From NCBI GenBank assembly GCA_977017645.1, contig OZ360232.1:37696001-37760000 (forward strand): a DNA stretch of 64,000 nucleotides, in the 5' to 3' direction. The position numbers and the translations under genes are program-made. Positions 12,201 to 23,433 of this stretch are shown piece by piece (position 1 is the stretch's first letter; each line of letters starts with the position of its first letter). This DNA is from Torpedo marmorata. Taxonomy: Eukaryota. Below the pieces are notes generated by a model. The model saw only the letters and a list, made by a program, of their open reading frames with translations. It made no database searches and had not been told where the DNA came from.

Positions 12201-12554
12201 TTTTTAAATATTTTATTTAAAATTTTAATTCACAGAATACATAAAATAAAATATGAAATTATCAAAAGATTTGTGATACATTTTCACCCCCCCACCCTCC
12301 ACTCTCTAACCATCCCAACCCCACTAATCTAATAAAAATAAAAAATATAAAATAAAAAGAAAAAAAGAAAAAAACAAAAAGAAAAAGATAGAGTAAGGAG
12401 AATGCTAATCTAAAAACATACATCTATAAACTAATTCTATTATGGAGGTGAGGTATGTCAGTAGATCCGATGTCCAGAGATCTTCAAATCCTTAAACCAA
12501 CAACTTTCATATATGGGCTCCAAATTTTTAAAAAGAAATGGTATTTATTACATA
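12201..12554 (-). mobile_element. Short 5'-truncated L1 3' end (same family as 7085-8135)
   Basis: Similar to 7256-7610. 17-bp TSD ATCCTCTTCATTTTCTT at 12184-12200 and 12555-12571; short poly(T). Confidence 0.88.
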
Positions 12555-13290
12555 ATCCTCTTCATTTTCTTCATCATTTGGTGACACAATTTCAGCCATT
12601 TCTTTGTTATCTTCTTGTTCATCTAACAGAGCTACCTCTTTTTCCTTTGCCAGCTTCAATCTTGCGATGAGAACCTTTTTATTTCCACTTATATATTTTT
12701 TCTGTCGCTTCAATGCTTTTTTAATATCCGCAACTTTCATGTCTTCAATAGTTGGTCCTTAACAGCAACATCAGTGGTTGCTGCGTCAGCTGCTGATACA
12801 TCTGTGGCTGCTGCATCAGAGGCTGCTGCGGCCATTTTACTCGTCTTGTTCCACTGTCCTTCAAGCATACACAACACTAGCCAAATAAGCAGTCCCCAAT
12901 GGACTAGCGGCAGCAAATCCAATGTGTGTTCAAACTTGCCAAAGATACACAGAAGGAGTCCACATACTTATGCCTACAACTTCAGATGACTGTAATGTGC
13001 TGCTATTCACAAACGAGTTTCAACCACAACATCCGTCATAATATCGCTGATTTCCCAAAAATGGTTTCTCCAACGTATTTATAGTACACTTTACTATCAT
13101 ATTTGAAGCTTTAAATCCCTCTCTGGCTGTTACTCATGGCAGATGGATGTGAATGACAAACTGCCCCCAACTCGAGGCATCTCCAAGATGGCCACCATTT
13201 TATTTTAAATATCATTCCAAAGCACAGAGAGATTATTCTATCTTCTTCCCTTCAATTTTCTGTTCCAAACAACCACTTTTATTGACTAAT

Positions 13291-13878
13291 TATATCGTGA
13301 CTTCAATCCTACAATAGTCACTTGGAGGCTTGGTGAGATATTTGTTTTTGATGCGTTTCAATTAGTTTACTAACAAAGTTCCATATGTTCAAAAACTTTA
13401 TTTACACACGTGTCTTGCAGCAATCTTCGATGACTTAAATATCTTCTTTAAACAAAATATAAACAGTTCTTGATAACGATGTTTAATGAATTCCTTTAAA
13501 CTATTCATTTGACTGTATTTAAATGTTCAATGTCATGACTTTCAAGACTTTAATCCATCAATGAAATGATCAATGAAACGGTCAATAAAAGATATGGCGA
13601 TCTCACTCACCCTCCTCCATCGCCATCTTTTCCTATACTTTTTCCCGATTCACGCATGCTCAATGCGCATATTCCACCGCGCATACTCCACCGCGCACAC
13701 TCCACCGCGCACACTGCCGTCAATTCCCAACTGCGCATGTGCCTGTCAGCACGGTAGCACATGCGCAGAGTACTAAATAGGCCTAGCACGGCCTACAAAC
13801 ACCGCGACTCCTCCGTAACCCGCCGAGACCATCGGAGCGCCGCGACCAAGGTAAGTAATTAAGCTTACGGCTCTTACA
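13291..13878 (-). repeat. Intact 5' LTR of outer BEL/Pao element
   Basis: Direct repeat of 981-1504 plus 8253-8320; inverted homologue of 1505-2121. Confidence 0.92.
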
Positions 13879-15520
13879 CTCATTGCCCATTAATATTAAC
13901 CACACGGACGCATTAGGGCCGTATCCTGCTATGCCTTGTTTATGTACGACTGTATAAATATCTCTTCATCGTAATAATTGTCTCATTCCCCCCAATTCCT
14001 TTGGCAGCAAGTTCCAAATATCAACCACTATCCGTGGGAAAAAAATCAAGCATGCTGGATCAGTGACAGGAAACCTGAACGCTTGTGGCTCTGCTGTGGA
14101 TTTTACCATTCACCGGCCATTAGATAGTAAACGGCCGGAGGAACCAAAATAATAAGTGTTTGAATTCGTGTAAAATTGTTCCAAGTGTTAATTGGGGAAA
14201 AAGAACTTTTGGGCGAAGCCCTTAACAAAGATAAGAAGATCTATTTCATGATGTGCGCGAATTCATCTTCAAATATTTACCAGCGACAATAGCAGCATTC
14301 AAACTTCAAGTCCTTTTTTTTGCTTCGATGAATAAATTATTCCTAAATCCATTTTCTAGTGTTTATGTTCATTTGCATTTTTTTTGAAGATGTTATTAAC
14401 TTTACACGAAGATTCGAAAATTTCAATTTTGTTGGGTTCACGTGGCTCGGTCATTATTAAGCCTCTGGTACAAATATGAGAATAAAAAATCTGCTTTTAA
14501 GAACTGACGTGAGAATTACTGATTTGACATTCAGCCAGGATTTGACCAATTGTGAAATCAGGGAATTTCAATAAAATTTCAATCAATGGAGATCAAACAA
14601 TGTAATCTCTTTGATTGGCATCTTATCATCCATCCACTATGTAAAAAAAACTTGCTCGCATCACTTCTTTGACTGTACCATGCATGATGTTTAGCATCCG
14701 CTGTAAACTTACATGGGACAAATGGACATGTAATTGCTTCGACACATTACAAGTAGTCTTTTAATATAGGCCAACTTATTGTAGGTCGCATTGTCAATTA
14801 AATAATACAAGGAAAGGCGGCGCAAAGCAGAAATAAGATAGATTTAGAGAAATACACATCAAAGAAGGATTGGGATGTTAATGAACGTGGCGCAGAACGT
14901 GGGGGCATATCATTATACAAGGATATTATTGCAGCATTGAAGGTATCTGGGCGAACGTCTCATTTAGCACACTGAACGTCTTAAATTTCGCCAGTGGATA
15001 TAATCATGCGATATTTCGCTTTGTAGTGGATTTCTGAGGAAATTTATCAATCTCTCTATAGGAAATCTATTGCAGAGCTTTCATTTGGTATGTCGACGAA
15101 AACATGGACAATAATAGCTCTGAAATTCCGAATGACGCTCAGGTGAACAATGCCAATTTACGAAACAATTTTGATGATAAGAGTTTTGAGTTGACAAAGG
15201 AAAGACTTAAAAGAGAAAGATCTGTGATCAATGCGCATTGGAATCGGTTTCAACAAAGGCACCTTTGGAGGGAAAGTATAATGGAGCATCGATTCACCAA
15301 GTAAATGGAAATTTAATAATTCATCAAATTCCTCACGTCCATCCTCTTACTGACCTGATTCTATTGCCTTCCACAATAGGTGCTGGAGTCTGCTGGATTA
15401 AAGCATGTGCACACAATTTCTGGCTGGTAACAGTAGTACAAAACCCATGAGGTTTTATGAGATGGCACTGAATTCATTTGCCCGTTTCACTGTATGAACG
15501 TCCTGAAATTGTCACTGGAC

Positions 15521-15665
15521 CAGTGGTTCTCAACCTACTTTTTTCCACTCACATACCACCTTAAGTAATCTCTTACTAACCACATAGAATGCCATAGGTG
15601 CTCTGTTGTTAGTAAGGGATTACATAAGGTGCTATGTGACTGGTAATAAAGGTTGAGAACCATTG
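15521..15665. mobile_element. hAT (Charlie-like) MITE, single unit
   Basis: TIR CAGTGGTTCTCAACC / GGTTGAGAACCATTG with a palindromic body. Degenerate 8-bp flanks cactggac / ctctagat. Confidence 0.8.
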
Positions 15666-16345
15666 CTCTAGATAGTGGATCATGCGGACTCCCTCCACGA
15701 AATATTTGTCGCCGAATCAGATTCCAGACAGAACTCACGCGCCTTTTCAAAGATGAAGCAAATAACAGATAATGTGTTAGTTTGGGCATATGAATAGATC
15801 AGAACACCCCTAAATAGTTTGGAGCAAAATTCAATTTTTCTATCGATCACCATCTTGTTAAAGCATTAATGACTGCAGTGTCCCCTTGGGAAAATACCAA
15901 TCTTTGAGCACCACGCACCAACCGTACCAATTCAAGAACACGACATTTTAGCCAGAGTCATTGGAAGAAAAGTATGCGCTGTCCTGCTCAGTCCATTTTC
16001 TCTGCCAGGTCAATTCGTGTTTCTTGCCTTCCTCACCCATCGCCAACCAAAAAAAAAAAATCAATGGCTTCGGAGAAAAGAAAATGCAAACGGTTAAATA
16101 AGTATGTACTTCGGCGAAATCGACCTGGACTTTTATATCTATACGGCATGTTCAAGAGCGAAATATCATAGTAGATGAGAGGTTAGGTCGTTCTACGCTT
16201 TGCACTTCCAGTTGGATCTGATACATTGAAAAGATAAGGGTAATAACGCATCCCAGATTAGGAAATGTATATCTTTCAATTAACGAAACCACACATACGC
16301 CAATATTTGGTCTTTAGTGCAATGTTGCTTCATGTAATCATTTAT

Positions 16346-16465
16346 CACCTTTGGATGAAGGGTTCCTGCCGGAAACGTTGGCCATTCATTTTCTTCCACT
16401 GATGCTGCTCGAATCGCCGAGTTCCCCCAGCAGCTTGTTACAGCCTCCAGATTCCAGCATCTCAT
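16346..16465 (+). mobile_element. Penelope-like element 3' tail (pseudo-LTR) fragment
   Basis: ggatgaagggttcctgccggaaacgttgg...gatgctgctcga..gagttcccccagc matches the tails attached to the GIY-YIG remnants in this window. Confidence 0.7.
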
Positions 16466-16574
16466 GCTAGTGTTATGACGTTTGCATTTAAATTCTGGAA
16501 ACAAGACGGAACCATTCATTTTACCAACAGCTGCGATTTATGGTTGTACACCATTAAACATTTAACAGAACAGT

Positions 16575-16722
16575 CTAGCTTTAAGAATTGTCGCTGCAGT
16601 TGTTGAAAATAACTGACTGCGTCGCTGTCTACCAATGGGAAGCTCTTGTTCCCAGCTGGATCCATTGCCCCGCCCACACCCCTGCACAAAAGAGAGGAGT
16701 CGACGAGAAAGGCGAGCAGTGC
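16575..16722 (+). promoter_or_regulatory. Pcdh promoter with CSE (CGCT box, putative CTCF site)
   Basis: GTCGCTGTCTACCAAT at 16621, 254 bp upstream of the ATG; homologous block precedes all five Pcdh ORFs. Confidence 0.88.
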
Positions 16723-16874
16723 CCGTGTTTAGATTGTGGAGTCGAGCTGAAGTGGATAAATCTTTTGCTGTTTCGATTCGGTATTTAGAGTACACATACA
16801 CATTTTGTGGTAAGAACCGTTTTTCGGATTAATCGAGTCGAGGCCTGGTTTTTCAAATTAATTCACTGCGGACA

Positions 16875-19253
16875 ATGGCGCACCCACTGTGGTTTGCCTT
16901 CAATCTGCTTGCTTGCGTGTTTCTGACATGTATACCAGATTTAATTTCCGGGCAAATTCGCTATTCTATTCACGAGGAAATGGAAGAAGGGGCATTTGTT
17001 GGGAATATCGCTCAGGATTTGGGATTGAATGTCCGGCAACTGTCAGCTCGCAAATTACGCCTGACCCTTGACGCTGGAGGACGGTACATGAAGGTTAGTT
17101 TGGATGATGGGCTTTTGTCTATTCGTGAAAGAATCGACCGGGAACATATTTGTGGACAAGCAGACGTGTGCACTATACCTTTCGAAACCACACTGGAAAA
17201 TCCTTTGGAGGTTCATCGCGGCGAACTGGAGATTCTTGATGTAAATGACAATTCCCCCGCTTTCCGGGACAGCAGCATTTCTTTAAAGATGTCCGAAGCA
17301 ATTACACCAGGAGTACGCTTCCGCATCGAGAGCGCGGAAGATCCGGACATAGGGATAAATAACGTCGCCACCTACACAATCAGTTCCAGCGAGTACTTCA
17401 GTCTAAAAACACAGCGAACCGAAGACGGTGTTATAATTGCCGAGTTGTTGTTAGAAAAATCTTTGGATCGAGAGCAGCAATCATCGTTTCAGCTGTTGCT
17501 TACGGCCACTGACGGTGGGATTCCTCAAAGGTCCGGAACGGCTCATATTCTCATTACAATATTGGACATCAATGATAATCCACCTATATTCGAGCATGAT
17601 GTTTACAGAGGCAGCTTAAGTGAAAACGCACTGCAAGGTACCTCAGTGTTGAAAGTTAATGCAAACGATTTGGACGAGGGGGTGAATGCTGAGATAACAT
17701 ATTCTTTCAGTGATCGTTCCTTGAGACGAGTACGTGATATATTTAGATTAGTCCCAGATACTGGAGAGATTCGACTTAAAGGACCGCTGGATTTTGAAGA
17801 AGCAAACACCTATTCGCTCGATGTTCAAGCAGTAGACCACGGTACACCTGCAATTACAGGATACTCAAAAGTGCTGATCAAGGTCATTGATGTGAACGAC
17901 AACGCGCCCGAGATAACATTGACATCAGCTTTTAACAAAATCCGGGAAGATGCTCCACCAGGAACATTCATAACCTTGATCAATGTTATCGATCGCGATT
18001 CTGGAGAAAACGGTCAAGTTCGGTGTGAAATACCGAAGAACATCCCTTTCAGGCTACAAACATCATCCGACCATTATAAACTCATTTCCAGTGAAGCGTT
18101 GGACCGTGAGGCGATCTCTGAGTACAAGGTTCCTGTTTCAGCCTGGGACTTGGGATCACCTTCACTGTCAACGAATAAAACCATCCAAGTCACAATTTCC
18201 GATGTAAATGATAACGCCCCACGGTTTGCTGAGCCCTCCTACAACATCTATGTGATGGAAAACAACGGCCCTGGTGCTTCTATATTCGCTGTTACAGCAC
18301 CCGATCCTGATATGGACCAGAATTCCTATGTTTCATACTCTGTTCTGGCCAATCATATGGAAGACTTGCCAGTGTCCAGTTATATCAGCATTAACTCGAT
18401 GAACGGCACCATTTACGCGCTGCGCTCATTCGACTATGAGAAACTCAAAACCTTCCAGATTCACGTTCAAGCCCGTGACGCTGGGGTACCCCCGCTGAGC
18501 AGCAGCGCTGCGGTGAATGTGATTATCCTAGATCAAAATGACAACGCGCCGGTAATTGTTTCGCCTTCAGCACGGAGTGGATCAGCAGCAGTGGAGATCG
18601 TGCCCCAGTTAGCGAGTCAAGGCTACTTGGTCACCAAGATAATGGCGACTGATGCAGATTCCGGGCAGAACTCACGGCTCTCATATGAGATGCTCGAATC
18701 AACTGATTCTAGTTTGTTCAATGTTGGACGAAACTCCGCTGAAATCAGAACTGCCCGCAATATTTTGCAGTCGGATAGCAGCACACAGACTTTGGTCATA
18801 TTGGTGAAGGACAACGGGCAGCCAAGTCTCTCGAGCACGGTTACAATTCACATTACAGCTTTGGAGAACATCACCGAAAAAATAAGCGAAAATAGTAAAT
18901 TAGTGAAGAATCCGGAATACGTTTCCAATCGAAATCTTTATTTAATCGTCATTTTCGGATGCACTTCCATTGCCTTTCTGTTGATCATCGTTCTGTTGAT
19001 TGTTATCAAGTGTAAGCAGGACAGAAATATTATTCAGGAGTACAATTACCCCAGTTATTGTTACAAAGGCGGAGATTCGCGCGTCACGTTGAATCGAGGA
19101 CCTGCAATGGAGGAAACTTTGCGCTATCCCGGGACTGGCCGGGTAGTCCGCGTGCCAGAACTGAATCAATACTCTGTCTGTCTGTCCCCGGAATCTGCGA
19201 AAAGTGATTTTCTCTTCTTGAAGCCATGCGACGCTCTCACCTCTCAGGCCTAA
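16875..19253 (+). CDS. Clustered protocadherin, 792 aa (signal peptide, EC1-EC6, TM, short cytoplasmic tail)
   Basis: QIRYSI.EE..GAFVGNIAQDLGL N-terminus, EC1 CX5C, repeated DRE/DxNDN/AxDxG cadherin motifs, TM LYLIVIFG..LLIVI, tail motif YSVCLSPESAKSDFLFLKP. Confidence 0.97.
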   Translation: MAHPLWFAFNLLACVFLTCIPDLISGQIRYSIHEEMEEGAFVGNIAQDLGLNVRQLSARKLRLTLDAGGRYMKVSLDDGLLSIRERIDREHICGQADVCTIPFETTLENPLEVHRGELEILDVNDNSPAFRDSSISLKMSEAITPGVRFRIESAEDPDIGINNVATYTISSSEYFSLKTQRTEDGVIIAELLLEKSLDREQQSSFQLLLTATDGGIPQRSGTAHILITILDINDNPPIFEHDVYRGSLSENALQGTSVLKVNANDLDEGVNAEITYSFSDRSLRRVRDIFRLVPDTGEIRLKGPLDFEEANTYSLDVQAVDHGTPAITGYSKVLIKVIDVNDNAPEITLTSAFNKIREDAPPGTFITLINVIDRDSGENGQVRCEIPKNIPFRLQTSSDHYKLISSEALDREAISEYKVPVSAWDLGSPSLSTNKTIQVTISDVNDNAPRFAEPSYNIYVMENNGPGASIFAVTAPDPDMDQNSYVSYSVLANHMEDLPVSSYISINSMNGTIYALRSFDYEKLKTFQIHVQARDAGVPPLSSSAAVNVIILDQNDNAPVIVSPSARSGSAAVEIVPQLASQGYLVTKIMATDADSGQNSRLSYEMLESTDSSLFNVGRNSAEIRTARNILQSDSSTQTLVILVKDNGQPSLSSTVTIHITALENITEKISENSKLVKNPEYVSNRNLYLIVIFGCTSIAFLLIIVLLIVIKCKQDRNIIQEYNYPSYCYKGGDSRVTLNRGPAMEETLRYPGTGRVVRVPELNQYSVCLSPESAKSDFLFLKPCDALTSQA

Positions 19254-19659
19254 TGCTAAATTACCATGATGCGCCACATCAACGAACGCCCAGCTTAATT
19301 GCGATCATTTTTTTTTGTTATCAAGGAACGTGAATCATTGTGATTGAAGTTTTTAAGAAAATATCCCCTTTGCGTAATTGTTTGGCTTTAATTTAAACTA
19401 CTGTTCAGTTGTAATGATCTAAAATAAAAAGTTCGAGCAATTTGGAATCCAATTTTCTAAGATTGGCATCTGTTAATTTTGAAGGAAATTCTACACCCTG
19501 TCACTTAACGACGTAATCAAGTGGTTGCTATTGGAACGATTATGCAAATACACTTGATGCCTGGATCAAGTTATGTGCTCCCATATTAATATTTGAAAAT
19601 GCGATCAAAATATTTTTCGTCGCATACGTTCCACACGAAGTGCTCAAAATTCATGACAC

Positions 19660-20400
19660 GAAAATAGGAAAAAAATGCAGAACCCTGGAACTCTAACTTA
19701 AAAATAGAACATGCAGGAAAGACTCAAGATGTCAGGCTACCCTTGCAGGGGAAAATAATTCGTTCCAACAGTATTTCTTCTCCATCACAGATTTCTCTCC
19801 CCTCCCTTTTTTTAAATTCTAAAGGAAAATTTCTTGACGATACCATGATTCTTTCTTTCTTCCATCAATCACTCCCCATCCTTCAGCGCGTTCCCTCGAA
19901 ACCACAGGAGATGCAATGCGAGTCATTTTTTTTTTCTGTTTCGTTGCCTCTGCTCAGAGACTTAAATATATTTCCATGGGAAACAATGGTATGCGTGCAG
20001 TTCTTACAATCTATTGTACGGTAGTCTTCACGATGTGGTAAAAACACAATTCTGGAGAAACTCAGAAGGTACTTTTTATAGCCAGGATAAAGATCGCAAT
20101 GTGGCTCTACATTGGAGAAAGCAAAATAAGATTGTGTGATTGTTTTGCGTTCAGTTCACAGGAATGAACCCGAGTTTGCGTTTGATTACCGTTGTTATTC
20201 ATGCCCCGCTGCCACTCTGATCTTTCTGTCTCTGACCTCCAGCACTGTTACGACGAGACGAAGGCAACAATGCAAACTTGACAACACTTCATCTGACACG
20301 CTGCAACCTTCTGGAATCAACATTGAACTGCTAAGTTTAGTTTTTTTTTCCTGTCTATATCAGAATTAACCATTTCACCCTTTCACCAATATGGCTTAGT
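19660..20400. mobile_element. Degraded Penelope-like remnants (GIY-YIG end and tails)
   Basis: ctctacattggagaaagcaaa (LYIGESK) near 20105 and tail motifs gctggagaaactcag. Confidence 0.6.
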
Positions 20401-20498
20401 GTTTTCTCTTTATTTTAATGTGGAGCCATAGAATTGTACAACATGGAATCAGGCCATTGACTCGCTACGTGAAAGCTGATCGTCATGACTATCTATAC

Positions 20499-20873
20499 CA
20501 GTGGTTTTCAAACGTTTTCTTTCCACTCACATACCACCTTAAGTAATCCCTATGCCATAGGTGCTCTGTGATTAGTAAGGGATTACTTAAGGTGGTATGT
20601 GAGTGGAAAGAAAAAAGTTTGAAAACCACTGTTTTAATCGTATCTAATTGACTCGTTATGTGCAGAGTTTCATACTCCAAAGGAAATGGGCCAATGACAA
20701 GTTTTCTCAAGATAAATATTTCAGTAGCAATTAGTATAGATCAGTGGTTTTCAAACTTTTTCTTTCCACTCACATACCACCTTACGTAATCCCTTACTAA
20801 TCACAGAGCACCTATGGCATAGGGATTACTTAAGGTGGTATGTGAGTGGAAAGAAAAAGTTTGAAAACCATTG
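20499..20873. mobile_element. Composite hAT MITE (MITE-core-MITE, 375 bp)
   Basis: Perfect 8-bp TSD ATCTATAC at 20491-20498 and 20874-20881. Two ~132-bp palindromic units flank a ~110-bp core. Confidence 0.9.
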
Positions 20874-21370
20874 ATCTATACTAATCCCACTTACCTGAAT
20901 TAATTTCATATTCTTCTGTACCTTGTTCATTCAAGTGCCTGTACAAATGTCCTTAAATATAGTTTCATTTCCTTCCTCCACTATTTCCTCTATATGCTCC
21001 TTCCAGACATCAGATGCTCTTGTGCAAAAATACCTACCCACCCAGATCCCGCGTGAAACTCTTCCCTCTCACCATCAATCTACACGCACTAATTTTAGAC
21101 ACCCTTACCATGCGAAGACGTGCTATTTACCCATTCTATGCGCCTCATAATTTTATATAACTCTATGACGCCACCTCACAGCCTCCCACACACCATGATA
21201 AACAGATTTAGGCTGTCCAGTCATCCCTGATAAATTACTCCCATCAATCCAGGCAACATCCTTGTGAACAATTTCTCTCCAGCTTAATCACATAATTCTT
21301 GTAATGTGACTACCAGAACTGCACAGAATACTCCAAGTGCAGTCGACCTAATGTTTTGTGAAACTGTAAC

Positions 21371-22614
21371 TTTGTGCGTGGCCGGTCGTGTTTAACCAAT
21401 CTTACAGAGTTTTTCAAGAAGGTTACCAGGAAAGCTGACGAAGGAAAGGCTGCGGATGTTGTCTACATGGACTTTAGTAAGGCCTTTGACAAGGTCCCAC
21501 ATGGGAGGTTAGTCAGGAATGTACGGACGCTAGGTATTCATGGTCAAGTAGTGAAATGTATTCGACAATGGCTGGACGGGAAAAGCCAGGGAGAGGTGGT
21601 GGATGATCGCTTCTCACACTGGAGGCCTGTGACTAGTGGTGTGCCTCAGGAATCGGTGCTAGGACCATTGTTGTTTGTTATCTATATCAATGTTCTGGAT
21701 GATAATGTGGTAAATTGGATCAGCAGGTTTGCAGGTGACACTAAGATTGGAGGCGTTGTGGACAGCGAAGAAGGTTTTCCGAGCTTGCAGAGGGATCTTG
21801 ACCAGCTGGAAAAATGGGGTGAAAATGGCAGATGGAATTTAATGCAGACAAGTGTGAGGTATTGCATTTTGGAAAGACAAACCAAGTATAGACGTACACG
21901 GTTAATGGTAGGGCACTGAGGAGTGCGGTAGAGGGATCTGGTAATACAAATACATAATTCCCTGAAAGTGGCGTCACAGGTGGATAGTGTGGTGAAGAGA
22001 GCTTCAGGTATATTGTCCTTCATAAATCACAGTATTTGGTACAGGAGTTGGGATGTTATGTTATAGTTGTATAACAGATTGGTGAGGCACAATTTGGTGT
22101 ATTGTGTGCAGATTTGGTCACCTAACTACAGGAAAGATATTAATAAGATAGAAAGAGCGCAGAGAAGATTTACTAGGATGTTGCCTGGACTTCAGGAACT
22201 GGGTTACAGGGAAAGGTTAAACAGGATAGGTCTATATTCCCTGGAGCAGAGAAGAATGAGGGGAGATTTGATAGAGCTATTTAAAATTATGAGGGGGATA
22301 TACAGAGTAAATGTGGTCAGGGTTTTTCCACTGAGGGTAGTGAGATGGGTTAAGAGAGGAAGGGGAAAAGTTTATGGGGAACATGAGGGAAAACATCTTC
22401 ACACAGAGAGCGTTGGGAGTGTGGAACGAGCAGAAGTGGTGAATGCGGGCTCAATTTTAACATTTAAGAAGAATTTAGACATTTACATAGATGGGAGAGG
22501 TATGGAGGGCTGGGTGCAGGTCAGTGGGACTAGGCAAGAAATGTTTGGGCACATACTAGAAGGGCCGAATGGGCCTGTTTCTGTGCTGTAGTGTTCTATG
22601 GTTTTGTGGTTCTA
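21371..22614 (+). mobile_element. CR1 LINE, 5'-truncated (RT domain and 3' tail)
   Basis: GRSCLTNL..YMDFSKAFDKVPH..SGVPQESVLGPLLF..SRFAGDTK; C-terminal RRMRGDLIE; tail gtgttctatggtt..gttcta. Confidence 0.93.
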
Positions 22615-23433
22615 ATTCTTAACACAATATGTCGGCTGACGGAGGCAATGATGCCATGTTCGCCTTCCTCACCACACTGTCCACATGTGTTCCACTTTTT
22701 CAGGAGCTATGGGCTTGATCCTAAGGTCTCTGTTTAACGACACCCCTTAGGGCTCTGAAATTTATTGTGTATAGTAAAATCACAAAATGCTGGAGAAGCT
22801 ACATAAAAGGACACTGTTTGACCTGTCTACAGATTTTTGTGATTTACTTTTTACTGTGTATAGTATAACCCACTGGTTATCCCCCACGGCTTTGCTATTA
22901 GTAATTCACAACCGAGACAAATACTTCTCCCGCAAAATGCATTTGTTTGGTCTTACCTTTTCAGAGATATTCCTGTTTCCCGTCCTCCACTCCCCATCTT
23001 CACTGCTAATGAAGACTAATTTATTTTATTTCTTTCACAGTCGTGACCAAAGGCCCCACACCTGCCGCGCTAATTGTTTTACAGACGAGGGATGGGGTAC
23101 TCGCGGTTTCCAGCAATTTTGGTTTTGTTGCAGATGAGAATTCAGTTCAGTTCCGTTTTTAATTCTGCCTCAATATTTAGCCGAAATTACTTGGCTGGAA
23201 ACCTGAAATGGTGATAAAACCTGTATGAATTTTAAACTGTAATTCGATAAAGGTAAGATTATAAGGATCATTTTAATACGTTGGTTAAGAAAGTATCATA
23301 CACGGAAAAACAATAATTCAAGTTCATATTGACCAAGGGTGCTTCCCTGAGCAGGTCCTGCTTGTCTGCAATTGACCCATATCAAGTTCAAGTTCATGAT
23401 CATCTGACTGTACATATACAGCCAGACGAAGGA

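Larger units (their letters stand above)
8528..12835 (-). pseudogene. Fragmented Gag-protease-X polyprotein of outer BEL/Pao element
   Basis: Collinear ORF pieces 12737-12922, 12528-12740, 11770-12120, 11344-11637, 10864-11271, 10020-10505 (YAFIDPGS), 9594-9992, 9237-9593 and 8948-9292 match the inner element. Many stops and frameshifts. Confidence 0.88.
981..13878 (-). mobile_element. Outer BEL/Pao-type LTR retroelement (non-autonomous, decayed), interrupted by a nested copy
   Basis: TSD CTCAT at 976-980 and 13879-13883. 5' LTR at ~13291-13878 begins TGTAAGAG on the minus strand. 3' LTR is split into 981-1504 and 8253-8320. PPT-like taggggccgg abuts 8320. Internal region has gag/protease fragments. 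Confidence 0.92.
20420..22920 (-). mobile_element. Old minus-strand CR1 3' fragment, host to a MITE, a younger CR1 and a PLE tail
   Basis: CR1-type tail at ~20427 (catagaa..aggccattgactc) and reverse-strand ORF2-like sequence at 21150-21370, resuming at 22620-22920. Confidence 0.6.

Noticed and set aside
14100-15500. Possible Pcdh pseudogene or constant exon upstream of the first gene
   Set aside because: No cadherin motifs, CSE or constant-region peptide recognisable in any frame.
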